Below, one piece after another: positions 17,196-27,214 of a stretch of 64,000 nucleotides of DNA. The notes beneath the pieces are model-generated. The model was given only the letters and a program-made list of their open reading frames with translations. It had not been told where the DNA came from and made no database searches. The DNA is from a virus (taxonomy: Duplodnaviria > Caudoviricetes), in the IMG/VR virus record IMGVR_UViG_3300033073_000243, positions 1 to 64,000 of that record; one strand, 5' to 3'. The position numbers and the translations under genes are program-made. Position 1 is the first letter of the stretch, and each line of letters begins with the position of its first letter.

Positions 17196-17470
17196 TCTAT
17201 AATATCTTTAATTGGATCAAGGAAGACTGGGAAAGTCATCCCTTTAGATTTATCGTCGAAACTTTAGCATGGACAATGAGTATAGGTGCGGCAATTTGGT
17301 TTGCCTCATCTGTACCCGCAGTTCCTTTTATATGGTATCTAATGCTAACTATTACTAGTTGTGCTATGTATGCCTGGGCTGCTTGGTCACGCAAAAGTTT
17401 TGGTATGTTAGCAAATTATCTTTTGCTAACTACAATCGATAGCATTGGATTATTTAGGATGATTACATGA
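17192..17470 (+). CDS. Small membrane protein
   Basis: Three hydrophobic segments; TTG start overlapping the previous stop. Confidence 0.65.
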   Translation: MIYNIFNWIKEDWESHPFRFIVETLAWTMSIGAAIWFASSVPAVPFIWYLMLTITSCAMYAWAAWSRKSFGMLANYLLLTTIDSIGLFRMIT

Positions 17471-20115
17471 GCTATGTTGACGCAATTTATGTAAAAGAAA
17501 AAGACATCATTAAAGTTGTCGAACGAGTTGAAGGTGTCAGGAAAGAGCGTCAATTTCCTGCACATTATCTTTTTTATTACCCCGATAACAAAGGTCAATA
17601 CACTGGTATTGACGGCAAGAGACTTAGTAAGGTTGCAGTTGCTACCCATAAAGCTTTTGAAAAAGAAAAGAAAATCTATGGGCACAAGAAACTTTACGAA
17701 AGCGACATCAAGCCACTTAATCGTTGTTTAGAAACAAACTATCTAAACAGCGAAGCACCAGAACTAAACAAAGCATTCTTCGACATTGAAGTTGCTTATC
17801 ATAAAGTAAAAGGCTTTGCGGACCCTAGTGATCCGTTTAACCCAATTACAGCTATTTCCATTTACTGCACTTGGCTAGAAAAACTAATCACATTAGTTAT
17901 CAAGCCTGACGCAATGGATTGGGAACTTGCACAAACTATTGTTAATAGATTTGAAGACACTATTCTTTGCCAAACCGAAGAAGAAATGTTGGATATGTTC
18001 CTTAGCTTACTGGATGATGCTGATGTTATTTCTGGTTGGAACAGCGAAGGCTATGACGTTCCTTATACCGTAAATCGTATCTCACGCATACTTGGCAGCG
18101 ACCATACTCGTAGATTCTGCTTGTGGGATATGAAACCAAAGCGCAGAGAATACGAAAAATATGGCAAGGTTGCAGAGACATATGACTTTGTAGGTCGGGT
18201 GCATCTAGACTATCTTGATCTATATCGCAAGTATACCTATCATGAACTTCATACATATCGACTAGACTATGTCGGTGAAATTGAAATCGGTGAAACTAAA
18301 GTTCATTACGAAGGAACACTGGATCAATTGTATAACAATGACTTTGAGAAGTTCATTGCTTATAACAGACAAGATACTGCATTGCTACACAAGCTAGATA
18401 AGAAGCTTCAGTATATTGACTTAGTTAATGTTCTGGCACATGCTAACACAGTTACACTCAGAACAACTATGGGCGCGGTTGCTATGACAGACCAAGCTAT
18501 TATCAATGAAGCTCATAGTCGTGGTTTAATGGTATTAGATCGCAACAGGGGCGAAAGTAGTGAAACACAAGCCGCAGGTGCGTATGTTGCGTATCCTAAG
18601 AAAGGCTTACACGATTGGATTGGCTCAATGGACTTGAACAGTCTGTATCCATCCTTAATTCGTGCGCTTAATATGAGTCCCGAAACAATTGTTGGACAGA
18701 TTAGACTTGTACAAACTAAAGGCGAACTTCGCGAGTGGATGGCAGCAGGCAATGACTTTGCTGCCTATTGGGAAGGTAAGTTTGCAGTTCATGAATATAA
18801 CTCTGTTATGGAGCGAGATAAAGGCTACGACTTAGTTATTGATTGGGAAGACGGTCGTGCTACAGAAATGTCAGCCGCAGAAGCATACGAATTAATTTAT
18901 CTAAGTGGTAACCCTTGGATGCTAACGGCTAATGGCACAATCTTTACTTACGAGAAACAAGGTGTTATTCCTGGATTGCTTGCTCGTTGGTATGCCGAGC
19001 GTAAAGAACTACAAAAGAAAGCTAAGAGTTGTATTGACAACGAAAAGGAATTTGAGTTCTGGGACAAAAGACAGTTGGTTAAGAAAATTAACTTGAACTC
19101 ACTGTACGGCGCTTTGCTTAACGCTGGCTCTAGATTCTTTGACCAGCGTATGGGTCAAAGTACAACGCTAAGTGGTCGATGTGTTGCAAAGCATATGGCA
19201 TCTCAAGTTAATGCAATGTTTACTGGCAAGTATGACCATGTAGGGGAAACAATTATCTATGGTGACACTGACTCTTGTTATTTTAGTGCTTATCCAATCT
19301 ATAAGAATCAAATTGCTAACGGCGAAGTCGATTGGACCCGAGATAAAATTATTGAGTTGTATGATACAGTTGCCGACGAAGTAAACGCAACATTCACTCC
19401 ATTCATGAACCAAGCATTTAATTGCCCGAGTTCATATGGCGAAGTTATTAAAGCCGGTCGTGAAGTTGTTGCAAGTAAAGGTTTGTTCATTACTAAGAAG
19501 CGTTATGCAGTTCTTATCTATGATAAGGAAGGTAAACGCAAAGACAAGGATGGAAGTCCTGGAGAAATTAAAGCTATGGGGCTTGACCTTAAGCGAGCAG
19601 ATACTCCAGAATACATGCAAAAATTCTTGGAACGAATTCTTATGCAAGTTCTACTTGGCGAAGGCAAAGATGAAATCGTTGAAGCTATTAACGAGTTTAG
19701 AACTGATTTCAAACAAAAGCCAGGTTGGGAGAAAGGCACACCAAAGCGTGTTAATAACTTGACCAAGCATACAGAAGTTTTCCAAAAGACGGGCAAGTGC
19801 GGAGTAGGACATGCGTTGGCTGCTATTAATTGGAATAGATTTAAGAAGGCTAACAGCGACCAACGAAGCATGGATATTACAGACGGTATGAAAGTTATTG
19901 TTTGTAAACTTAAACCAAACCCAATGGGTATCAACAGTATAGCTTATCCAACAGATGAGATGAGACTGCCAGAATGGTTTAAGGAAATGCCATTTGATAA
20001 TGCCGCGATGGAAGCTACTATTATTGATAATAAAGTGGATAACTTGATTGGCATTCTCGAGTGGGACATCAGTGCTAGTGACCAAAAAACTAGCTTTGAT
20101 ATGTTGTTCGGCTAA
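17467..20115 (+). CDS. gp43: Family B DNA polymerase (T4 gp43-like)
   Basis: Exo motifs FDIE, WNSEGYD and YNRQD; polymerase motifs DLNSLYPS, KINLNSLYG, YGDTDS and KKRY; 882 aa with no intein. Confidence 0.97.
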   Translation: MSYVDAIYVKEKDIIKVVERVEGVRKERQFPAHYLFYYPDNKGQYTGIDGKRLSKVAVATHKAFEKEKKIYGHKKLYESDIKPLNRCLETNYLNSEAPELNKAFFDIEVAYHKVKGFADPSDPFNPITAISIYCTWLEKLITLVIKPDAMDWELAQTIVNRFEDTILCQTEEEMLDMFLSLLDDADVISGWNSEGYDVPYTVNRISRILGSDHTRRFCLWDMKPKRREYEKYGKVAETYDFVGRVHLDYLDLYRKYTYHELHTYRLDYVGEIEIGETKVHYEGTLDQLYNNDFEKFIAYNRQDTALLHKLDKKLQYIDLVNVLAHANTVTLRTTMGAVAMTDQAIINEAHSRGLMVLDRNRGESSETQAAGAYVAYPKKGLHDWIGSMDLNSLYPSLIRALNMSPETIVGQIRLVQTKGELREWMAAGNDFAAYWEGKFAVHEYNSVMERDKGYDLVIDWEDGRATEMSAAEAYELIYLSGNPWMLTANGTIFTYEKQGVIPGLLARWYAERKELQKKAKSCIDNEKEFEFWDKRQLVKKINLNSLYGALLNAGSRFFDQRMGQSTTLSGRCVAKHMASQVNAMFTGKYDHVGETIIYGDTDSCYFSAYPIYKNQIANGEVDWTRDKIIELYDTVADEVNATFTPFMNQAFNCPSSYGEVIKAGREVVASKGLFITKKRYAVLIYDKEGKRKDKDGSPGEIKAMGLDLKRADTPEYMQKFLERILMQVLLGEGKDEIVEAINEFRTDFKQKPGWEKGTPKRVNNLTKHTEVFQKTGKCGVGHALAAINWNRFKKANSDQRSMDITDGMKVIVCKLKPNPMGINSIAYPTDEMRLPEWFKEMPFDNAAMEATIIDNKVDNLIGILEWDISASDQKTSFDMLFG

Positions 20116-20130
20116 CTAAATAAAGAACAC

Positions 20131-20230
20131 AGGACATGTTTGGCACATGTCCTTCACCTAGCAACTTATGTTTTGGTAACATAAAGTTTGACTATCTAAA
20201 CCTAAATACACTATACTAGTGTATAGGAGA
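20131..20230 (+). promoter_or_regulatory. Three tandem stem-loops overlapping promoter and RBS of the putative clamp gene
   Basis: AGGACATGT-ttggc-ACATGTCCT (20131-20153); AACTTATGTT-ttggt-AACATAA(A)GTT (20163-20188); TACACTA-tac-TAGTGTA (20207-20223) next to AGGAGA; TTGACT-N18-TATACT and a TAAATA box overlap them. Confidence 0.6.
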
Positions 20231-20236
20231 AAAATC

Positions 20237-20974
20237 TTGAAAGACGCAATTTTTGATATTGTAAGGCATACAGCTAGCCTTGGCTTCTTTGACTTGGCCA
20301 AAATTACAGGAACTGACGAAGGTACTGAAGTTTGGACATGCGACGAGAAGAAAACAGTTGTGCTTGATGCTAAACTAAAATCACCAGAAGCTGGATTGGT
20401 CGGTGAAGTTGGCTTAGGTAACTTAGGTTTCCTAAACGGCTTAACTAACCTTTACAACAAAGAAGGTGCAGAAGTAGAAGTCCTAACTACTACAAAAAAT
20501 GGCAACATCGTACCTGACTACATCCAACTCAAGGATGGCGAAGGTAATAGCGACAAATATCGCTTGATGAGTAAAGAAATCATCGACGAACAATTACAGC
20601 AAAGTAAGTTCAAAGGTGTTAAGTGGGATGTTGAGTTTGATCCACTTAAGAGCAAAGTAAGTGAAATGAGTCAAAAGGCTGGTATCTACAGCGCAATTGA
20701 ACCTACATTTACTGTTAAGACCGAAAACGGCAACTTAGTGTTTATCTTTGGTAGTGACACAGGCGGTAGCCACTTTGGTCGAATGGTATTTGCTACCAAT
20801 GTAGCAGGTACTGTTAAGGAAGGCTATGCTTGGCCCATTGACAAGTTTTTGGCAATCTTAAAGCTTGGCATGGCAGGCGAGTGTACTGTACACTTTAGTC
20901 AAGTGGCCTGTATGATTACCATCGATAGTGGCATCGGTGTGTATAACTATATCCTCCCAGGTCATACACGATAA
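20237..20974 (+). CDS. Probable sliding clamp (gp45-like)
   Basis: TTG start 6 nt after AGGAGA; about 245 aa with a two-domain alpha/beta pattern ending YNYILP; immediately downstream of the polymerase. Confidence 0.5.
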   Translation: MKDAIFDIVRHTASLGFFDLAKITGTDEGTEVWTCDEKKTVVLDAKLKSPEAGLVGEVGLGNLGFLNGLTNLYNKEGAEVEVLTTTKNGNIVPDYIQLKDGEGNSDKYRLMSKEIIDEQLQQSKFKGVKWDVEFDPLKSKVSEMSQKAGIYSAIEPTFTVKTENGNLVFIFGSDTGGSHFGRMVFATNVAGTVKEGYAWPIDKFLAILKLGMAGECTVHFSQVACMITIDSGIGVYNYILPGHTR

Positions 20975-21213
20975 TGGATAATATTCAGGAACAAATACTT
21001 GCAGAGCTTAAAAAGCAAAACGAGTATTTTGAGAAAATGGACTGGAAGCTTTGGATGCTTCAAAATATGATTAAGGCTATTGCCGAAGAGAATGGTTATA
21101 CATTTGATATCGAAGAAAACACAGCAACAGTCGAAACATATGAAGAGCCAGTAGAGCGCACAACTTCTGATCTCAAACCTAAATATGATGATAGTAATTG
21201 GAGTTTAGAATGA
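20974..21213 (+). CDS. Hypothetical protein
   Basis: TAATG-coupled 79-aa ORF. Confidence 0.65.
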   Translation: MDNIQEQILAELKKQNEYFEKMDWKLWMLQNMIKAIAEENGYTFDIEENTATVETYEEPVERTTSDLKPKYDDSNWSLE

Positions 21214-21587
21214 CCAAAAAAATGATATGGGTTACTTTCCAAAAGGAAGGTATTCACAAGTATCCAGCGGCATTAACTGATCCTAACTTAGCTACAGGCG
21301 ACGAATACGATGTTAGCTTTTTAGGATATCCGCATCGTCATATATTTCATTTCAAAGTAGCAATTGAAGTGTTTCATGATGATCGTGACATTGAATTTAT
21401 TCAATTTAAACGCTGGCTAGAAAACTTATACAAAGAAGCAACATTAACTCTTGACTACAAGAGTTGCGAAATGATTGCAGAAGATGTATATAATCAAATT
21501 AACGCAAGATATCCTAATAGGGATGTCTGGATTGATGTAAGTGAGGATAATGAAAATGGATGCCACATTCAATTTAACAAAGGGTAA
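21210..21587 (+). CDS. QueD-like T-fold protein, DpdL-type
   Basis: EGIH...LGYPHRHIF...RDIEF...SCEMIA gives three His Zn ligands and a C-terminal Glu as in PTPS/QueD. It has LxxxHRHxF instead of QueD CxxxHGH, which I recall as the DpdL signature. Confidence 0.65.
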   Translation: MTKKMIWVTFQKEGIHKYPAALTDPNLATGDEYDVSFLGYPHRHIFHFKVAIEVFHDDRDIEFIQFKRWLENLYKEATLTLDYKSCEMIAEDVYNQINARYPNRDVWIDVSEDNENGCHIQFNKG

Positions 21588-21597
21588 AGTTCGCACT

Positions 21598-21954
21598 ATG
21601 AACCAATACCATAACAATGTTAGTCGTGCGATGATTCACATCAACGACATTAAGTATGACCTACTAAAGATTGCAGAAATGTATGACGGCATTCTGCAAG
21701 AAGGCTTAGGTCATTTGGCAGCAGATATGTTCCAAGCATATCTAAGTGACCTCCGTGGTAATGAATGGATTCATGACTACGAAGTTACTGAAATTGTTCT
21801 TAAAGAACAAAGCTATACTTACGATGTAAGTATTCAAATTACTAAGGATCGTACTCCTAAGAAACTAAAGATCCACGTCGGTCTTTACAAGAGTGCGTGG
21901 CCGGAGTTGGCTGCTACTATGAAATATACAGGCAGCGGATATGTCTCTAAGTAA
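21598..21954 (+). CDS. Hypothetical protein
   Basis: ORF between the QueD-like and DpdA-like genes; likely start ATG 21598. Confidence 0.6.
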   Translation: MNQYHNNVSRAMIHINDIKYDLLKIAEMYDGILQEGLGHLAADMFQAYLSDLRGNEWIHDYEVTEIVLKEQSYTYDVSIQITKDRTPKKLKIHVGLYKSAWPELAATMKYTGSGYVSK

Positions 21955-23485
21955 AAAATCAAGAGTCGACTTACAAGCAAAGAATAAAGACTATGCAGTC
22001 TTTCTTCCGAGCATTAGCGGCTTTTACCAAGAGCAAGTAAGCAATCAGCAACAGGATCCTAACTGGATCTCATCTGATCGCTTACCGGCAGAGTTTGAAC
22101 AAGGAGTAGAAGGACTTAACTTCCTTAACAAGGAACAAGCTTACTTCTACTATCCAGATGCTCTTTACTCTGCTGGTCACGCTCAACTGAATATAACTAA
22201 GAGCGCAACAGAAGAAAGTATGATCCAAGACCGGGATCGTAAAAACACTTTCATCTTAGGCGACTCTGGTGGTTTCCAGATTGGTAAAGGTGTTATTAAC
22301 TTTGACTGGCAACACTTCTGGGAGAAGCAAGGCGATGCAGGTTATATCGGTAAAGCAGATAAAACCCGTATGGCTATTCTTAATTGGTTAGAGTACACTG
22401 CTGATTACAGCATGGTACTTGATATTCCAACTTGGGCGGCTGCTCCTATTAACCAAGAACGCACAGGACTTAGAGACTTTAAAGATTGCCTTAACGGAAC
22501 ATTGTTTAACAATGATTTCTTCTTAAAGCATCGTCAAGGTAAAACTAAATTCCTAAATGTTCTGCAAGGCGGTAACAACGTCGATGCTGAGATTTGGTAC
22601 GAAGCTGTCAAACACTATCCATTTGAAGGTTGGGCGATGGGTGGTAATAACATGAAGGACGTGGACTTAATGTTACGCCGCTTGATTAAACTTCGTGATG
22701 AAAAATTGCTAGAGCCAGGTCGTGACGTCATTCACTTCTTAGGTACAAGCAAACTCGAACTTGCTTGTTTGTTAACTGCGGTACAGCGTAACATTCGTGA
22801 GCATGTTAATCCTAACATGAAGGTAACTTATGACTGTGCTAGTCCGTTCTTGGCAACTGCCTACGGTCAAATCTATACACAGCATGTACACTTGAATAAG
22901 CGTTTTAGTTACATCATGGATAAAGCTATCGACGACAAACGATTGAGTGGTAGTAAGCTTCCATTGCCCTGGACTAGTCCTATCGCAGAACGAGTTACGA
23001 TGGGCGACTTGTGTTGGTACAAGCCAGGTGATACTAACAAGTTTGGCAAGGAATGTAAAACATCGTGGGATAGTTTCAGCTATGCAATTATGATGGCACA
23101 TAATGTCTATCAACATATCGAAAGCGTTCAACGAGCAAATGCATTACTCGATACGGCATGTGCATTGCATAAGCCAGATCCAAGCAAGTTTAGCAAAGCT
23201 AAAGGTCTAAGTGCAGAACTAAACAACTGGGTTCCGCGAGCAGTTATATATGGTGTCGAACTAATTAACCGTGTGTTTACTAGCGAAACTCCTTATACTG
23301 AATTAGACAATGCACAAGCATTATTAGCAGAACTTAATAACAAGAAAACTCTTAAGACTACTGCGGCAAGTCATAGTATGTTGTTTGAAGTCATTGACCA
23401 AGGCAACGACAATGATGCAGAAGCTTCTGAAAATTGGGATGAAGATACTGCTAACGAATTACTACACGAAGCATTAGATGAGTAA
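21941..23485 (+). CDS. dpdA: tRNA-guanine transglycosylase-like DNA deazaguanine insertase (DpdA family)
   Basis: GDSGGFQIG, MVLDIP, VLQGG, GWAMGG, IHFLG, YDCAS and AHNV follow the TGT fold in order; clustered with folE, queE and a queD-like gene near DNA polymerase. Confidence 0.75.
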   Translation: MSLSKKSRVDLQAKNKDYAVFLPSISGFYQEQVSNQQQDPNWISSDRLPAEFEQGVEGLNFLNKEQAYFYYPDALYSAGHAQLNITKSATEESMIQDRDRKNTFILGDSGGFQIGKGVINFDWQHFWEKQGDAGYIGKADKTRMAILNWLEYTADYSMVLDIPTWAAAPINQERTGLRDFKDCLNGTLFNNDFFLKHRQGKTKFLNVLQGGNNVDAEIWYEAVKHYPFEGWAMGGNNMKDVDLMLRRLIKLRDEKLLEPGRDVIHFLGTSKLELACLLTAVQRNIREHVNPNMKVTYDCASPFLATAYGQIYTQHVHLNKRFSYIMDKAIDDKRLSGSKLPLPWTSPIAERVTMGDLCWYKPGDTNKFGKECKTSWDSFSYAIMMAHNVYQHIESVQRANALLDTACALHKPDPSKFSKAKGLSAELNNWVPRAVIYGVELINRVFTSETPYTELDNAQALLAELNNKKTLKTTAASHSMLFEVIDQGNDNDAEASENWDEDTANELLHEALDE

Positions 23486-24365
23486 AGCATTAGTAGTCGG
23501 ACTAGGCATGGGGCAACAGTATGCCCTGTGGCTAGCCGAATTAGGTTACGATGTTTATACTGTAGATATTGATCCTAGCAAGGCAGCATCCTATACAGAT
23601 GTTGCTATTGCTTTGGGCGATCGTCCTGTTTTAGACATTGTTTATATCGGTACTCCAAACTGGACACACGAGCCTATTGCTAGACAAGTTGCTCCGCATA
23701 GCAAACTAGTATTGGTAGAAAAGCCGGGCGTCAGGTATAGCAAAGATTGGCAACAATTGGTTGCGGCTTATCCAGACACTCGTATTATGATGGTTAAGAA
23801 CAATCAGTTCAGACCAGAAATAAAACGATTCAAACAATTAGCAGACCAAAGCGAACGAGTATATGTTCGTTGGAATAATGCCAATCGTATTCCGCATCCA
23901 GGTAGTTGGTTCACTACTAAATCTAAATCATTTGGCGGAGTGAGCAGAGACCTTATGCCTCACATGCTCAGTTATTACTGTGCGTTGACAAACTATACGC
24001 AAGGTGTTAAAATTAAAGGGTACGCAAAACAAAACTATGAACTCGAGGATATTCATAATACTGATTACGGCAGCGTTAATCCTAATGGCACTTACGATGT
24101 CGATGACTTCTGTCACTTTGAATTCAAGAATGGCGACACCACTTGGATTTTAAGTGCAAACTGGAAAACAAACTTAGATAACGATGATAGCAGTATTGCG
24201 TTTGGTATGAAGAACTCTGCCGTTAGACATGAGCTAGGTTTGTGCCCTGGAGTAGCGTATAAGAACATGATAACACTTGCGATGAACAACCTAAATAACA
24301 ATGAGTTCTGGCAACAACAGCTAGCACAAGATCTGTGGATTCATCAACAAATAGAAAATCTATGA
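23478..24365 (+). CDS. Gfo/Idh/MocA family oxidoreductase
   Basis: LVVGLGMG Rossmann, VYIGTPNWTH, VLVEKPG and GGVSRDLMPH motifs. Confidence 0.85.
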   Translation: MSKALVVGLGMGQQYALWLAELGYDVYTVDIDPSKAASYTDVAIALGDRPVLDIVYIGTPNWTHEPIARQVAPHSKLVLVEKPGVRYSKDWQQLVAAYPDTRIMMVKNNQFRPEIKRFKQLADQSERVYVRWNNANRIPHPGSWFTTKSKSFGGVSRDLMPHMLSYYCALTNYTQGVKIKGYAKQNYELEDIHNTDYGSVNPNGTYDVDDFCHFEFKNGDTTWILSANWKTNLDNDDSSIAFGMKNSAVRHELGLCPGVAYKNMITLAMNNLNNNEFWQQQLAQDLWIHQQIENL

Positions 24366-25270
24366 ACAGAGTATTAGTTACAACAGGCGAAGGTGAGTTT
24401 GAGGAAACCGCATACGATATTCCTGCATTACTAGAAGACGATCACATTTTCGTTCGTTCAATAATGACAGGCGTATGTCGTAGCGACATCGATATGATGC
24501 AAGGCAATTTCGGTCCATTGCCTAAACACATGCAAGGGCATGAAGGACTAGCACAAGTAGTAAGGATAGGTAAAAATGTCAAAGACGTCCAAAAAGGCGA
24601 CTATGTCGCAACCAGAGGAGAACCAGCTTATGCCGACGAATACATTGTTCGTCCTAGAGAGTATGTTCGCGTTCCAGAGGCTCTTCCTAGATATATCCTT
24701 GAGCCCGTGGCTTGCGGCATCAATGTGGTACAGCAACCCATTCGTGAAATTGCCGAACGAAGCGGTCCAGGACAACGACTCTTAATACTAGGCAGCGGCT
24801 TCTTAGCTTGGGTCGCTTACAACACAATCAAACTTAACCATTTGGATTTTGACATTACTGTGTTTGGACACAGCAACAAAGAACTTTGGGGAGATGCACT
24901 AAGTCCAATATATGATGGGAAGTTTGATGTTGTTATTGATCTTAGCCCGCATTGCGATGTATTCCTAAATGACATGCTCAATAATGAAGCTCTTGTTGTT
25001 ATGGGTGTAGAGAAGCAAGTAAACACTGACTTTGCTAGATTACTTTGGAAAGCTTGCACTATAGTATTTCCAAGTCCACGCACCGATAAATTCTACAAGT
25101 GTATGCAAGATGCGGCATATTGGGTAGAGAATGGTGACCTTGTGGTTGATAACTTTTGGACAAAAGGTTATAATAGAGATACAGAATGGCAACAAGCCTT
25201 TGCAGACGGTCTAAACAGACCTGCTGGTTATAGCAGAGGTTACATATATTGGAATAACAATGGCACTTGA
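24362..25270 (+). CDS. Zn-dependent medium-chain dehydrogenase (sugar/polyol dehydrogenase-like)
   Basis: GVCRSD...GHEG catalytic Zn ligands, ILEPVACG and LILGSG Rossmann; true start 24362. Confidence 0.85.
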   Translation: MNRVLVTTGEGEFEETAYDIPALLEDDHIFVRSIMTGVCRSDIDMMQGNFGPLPKHMQGHEGLAQVVRIGKNVKDVQKGDYVATRGEPAYADEYIVRPREYVRVPEALPRYILEPVACGINVVQQPIREIAERSGPGQRLLILGSGFLAWVAYNTIKLNHLDFDITVFGHSNKELWGDALSPIYDGKFDVVIDLSPHCDVFLNDMLNNEALVVMGVEKQVNTDFARLLWKACTIVFPSPRTDKFYKCMQDAAYWVENGDLVVDNFWTKGYNRDTEWQQAFADGLNRPAGYSRGYIYWNNNGT

Positions 25271-25775
25271 TACAGTTGAAAGAAAAGCGGCAACATACTT
25301 CATCGGCACAGAAGTAGAACATACAGCAATGTACAATGAAAAAACTTTGTTTGTTGTAGGAGTTCGTCCTGTTGATGAAGTCGCGAAACATGCTAGACAG
25401 CATAACATTCGTCATTTATACTTTGGCACAAGTCAAAGTTTCCATCCTAAAACAAATGAAGAGTGGGCAGAGTGGAATAACATGATTACTCCACTACTAC
25501 AAGAAGGCTTCTGGGTTACATTAGACTTTGGTGTAGAATATGCAGATACTTTGCATGAAGAAGGATGGTGCGAGTTTAATACTTTTATTCCTATGATTAG
25601 TGTTAAGCTTCCTTACATTAAGTTATACAACTATAATGCAACTCTTAAGATTGACGACACCACATGGGGTCACAGTAATCCAGGAGTATGGTGTCATAGT
25701 TTACATGACTTAATGGATCGTAAAGTTTACACCGACTGGAAAGACTATGTAGGAGACGAACCAGTAAATGGCTAA
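25260..25775 (+). CDS. Hypothetical protein within the modification cluster
   Basis: 171-aa coupled ORF with conserved-looking YFIGTEVEH, HLYFG and GVWCH motifs. Confidence 0.7.
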   Translation: MALDTVERKAATYFIGTEVEHTAMYNEKTLFVVGVRPVDEVAKHARQHNIRHLYFGTSQSFHPKTNEEWAEWNNMITPLLQEGFWVTLDFGVEYADTLHEEGWCEFNTFIPMISVKLPYIKLYNYNATLKIDDTTWGHSNPGVWCHSLHDLMDRKVYTDWKDYVGDEPVNG

Positions 25776-26844
25776 AATTTTCTTAGTTGACTTAGAAGCA
25801 GTCGAAACCCGTTACACAGGAGAATGGAAACATTATGTACCCGAAATACTTACGAAACAAGGACATCAAGTTCAAATTATCTCTGGTCCTACGGACATTC
25901 CTAGTGCCACTACTCCTGGTGCCTTTCTTAATTTTGGGGGCACTAATATTTACAAGTCTGCACAAGTTGAGCAGATGGGCCGTTTATTTTGCGACGGAGC
26001 CGTTTGCCCCGGCGATCACTTTATTTTTACTGATGCTTGGCACCCTGGTATTATCAACTTGAAATACATGAGCGAGCTTCTTAACATTCCAGTTAAGATT
26101 CACGCATTGTGGCATGCCGGTAGCTATGACCCTGCCGACTTCTTAGGACGCTTAATTGGTGATGCTCCGTGGGTTAGACATGCAGAGAAAAGCTTCTTCC
26201 ACGCTATTGATTATAACTACTTTGCCACTAGCTTCCATATCAACATGTTTGCTAAAAACTTGCTAGATACAAACATTGGTACAATGTACAATTATAAAGA
26301 AGCTAAAAAGATTATTCGTACAGGTTGGCCCATGGATTATATGGATAATACTTTGCAAGTTTACAAAGGTATGAAGAAAACAAATACCATTGTATTCCCA
26401 CATCGTATTGCACCCGAGAAACAAGTTGAAATCTTCCGTGACCTAAAAGAACAACTACCACAATATAACTTTGTTGTTTGCCAAGATCAGCAATTAACAA
26501 AGAATGAATATCACAATATTCTTGGCGAGGCTAAAATTGTGTTTAGTGCAAGTTTGCAAGAAACACTAGGTATCGGCTGTTATGAAGGTTCTATTGTTGA
26601 TGCTATTCCAATGGTACCAAACAGACTAAGCTATAGCGAAATGTATTTAGACGAGTTTAAGTATCCCAGTGTATGGACTGCCGACTTTGACCACTACAAA
26701 ACTCGTAGAAAAGACGTTTGTGATAAAATTGTCGACTACATAGAAAACTATGAGTCATACTTGCCAGCACTTAAAAAGCAAACTGCTTTGCTTACTAATG
26801 ATTTCTTCAGTGCAGGCGATTTATTAAGGAACATAAATGATTAA
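25768..26844 (+). CDS. GT-B fold glycosyltransferase
   Basis: Two Rossmann-like halves; VFPHRIAPEKQ and SASLQETLGIGCYEG (E-x7-E-like) motifs. Confidence 0.75.
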   Translation: MAKIFLVDLEAVETRYTGEWKHYVPEILTKQGHQVQIISGPTDIPSATTPGAFLNFGGTNIYKSAQVEQMGRLFCDGAVCPGDHFIFTDAWHPGIINLKYMSELLNIPVKIHALWHAGSYDPADFLGRLIGDAPWVRHAEKSFFHAIDYNYFATSFHINMFAKNLLDTNIGTMYNYKEAKKIIRTGWPMDYMDNTLQVYKGMKKTNTIVFPHRIAPEKQVEIFRDLKEQLPQYNFVVCQDQQLTKNEYHNILGEAKIVFSASLQETLGIGCYEGSIVDAIPMVPNRLSYSEMYLDEFKYPSVWTADFDHYKTRRKDVCDKIVDYIENYESYLPALKKQTALLTNDFFSAGDLLRNIND

Positions 26845-27214
26845 AGTACAATTTACGGGCAGTAGCCCAAACATGTATCAAAATGATCGCAGTTACAACC
26901 TGCCTAGCATCACTGGTGCAGTGCAATGGAATGGGCAAAACAAATGGTTCGAAGTTAGCACTGGGTCTGGCTGGCAGCGTATTGACAATACTGTGGAGTT
27001 CAGCGTTAATCAACCGTCACATCCCGACCTGTGGTCAATGCATTATTGGATTGAAGAACAAAAGAAAGAACAGGCTAAGGAAAAGGAATTGCGTAGTAAA
27101 TATCCAGCACTAGACGAAGCTTATAAACACATGGAGTTTATTAGAGAAATCGTTAAAGCTGGACCAGAGCAAGAGAACGAGTCTGAAGCTGGGCTAGTAC
27201 AATCAGGACCATGA
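26837..27214 (+). CDS. Hypothetical protein
   Basis: Coupled ORF. Confidence 0.6.
   Translation: MIKVQFTGSSPNMYQNDRSYNLPSITGAVQWNGQNKWFEVSTGSGWQRIDNTVEFSVNQPSHPDLWSMHYWIEEQKKEQAKEKELRSKYPALDEAYKHMEFIREIVKAGPEQENESEAGLVQSGP

Noticed and set aside
17467-20115. Intein or intron in DNA polymerase
   Set aside because: Single ORF of normal length with contiguous motifs; no intein or homing-endonuclease signatures.
21941-23485. tRNA-modifying Tgt (queuosine AMG)
   Set aside because: It is longer and more divergent than bacterial Tgt, lacks the CxCxxC zinc motif, and sits with folE, queE and queD-like genes beside replication genes; a DNA-directed DpdA is the better fit, though untested.
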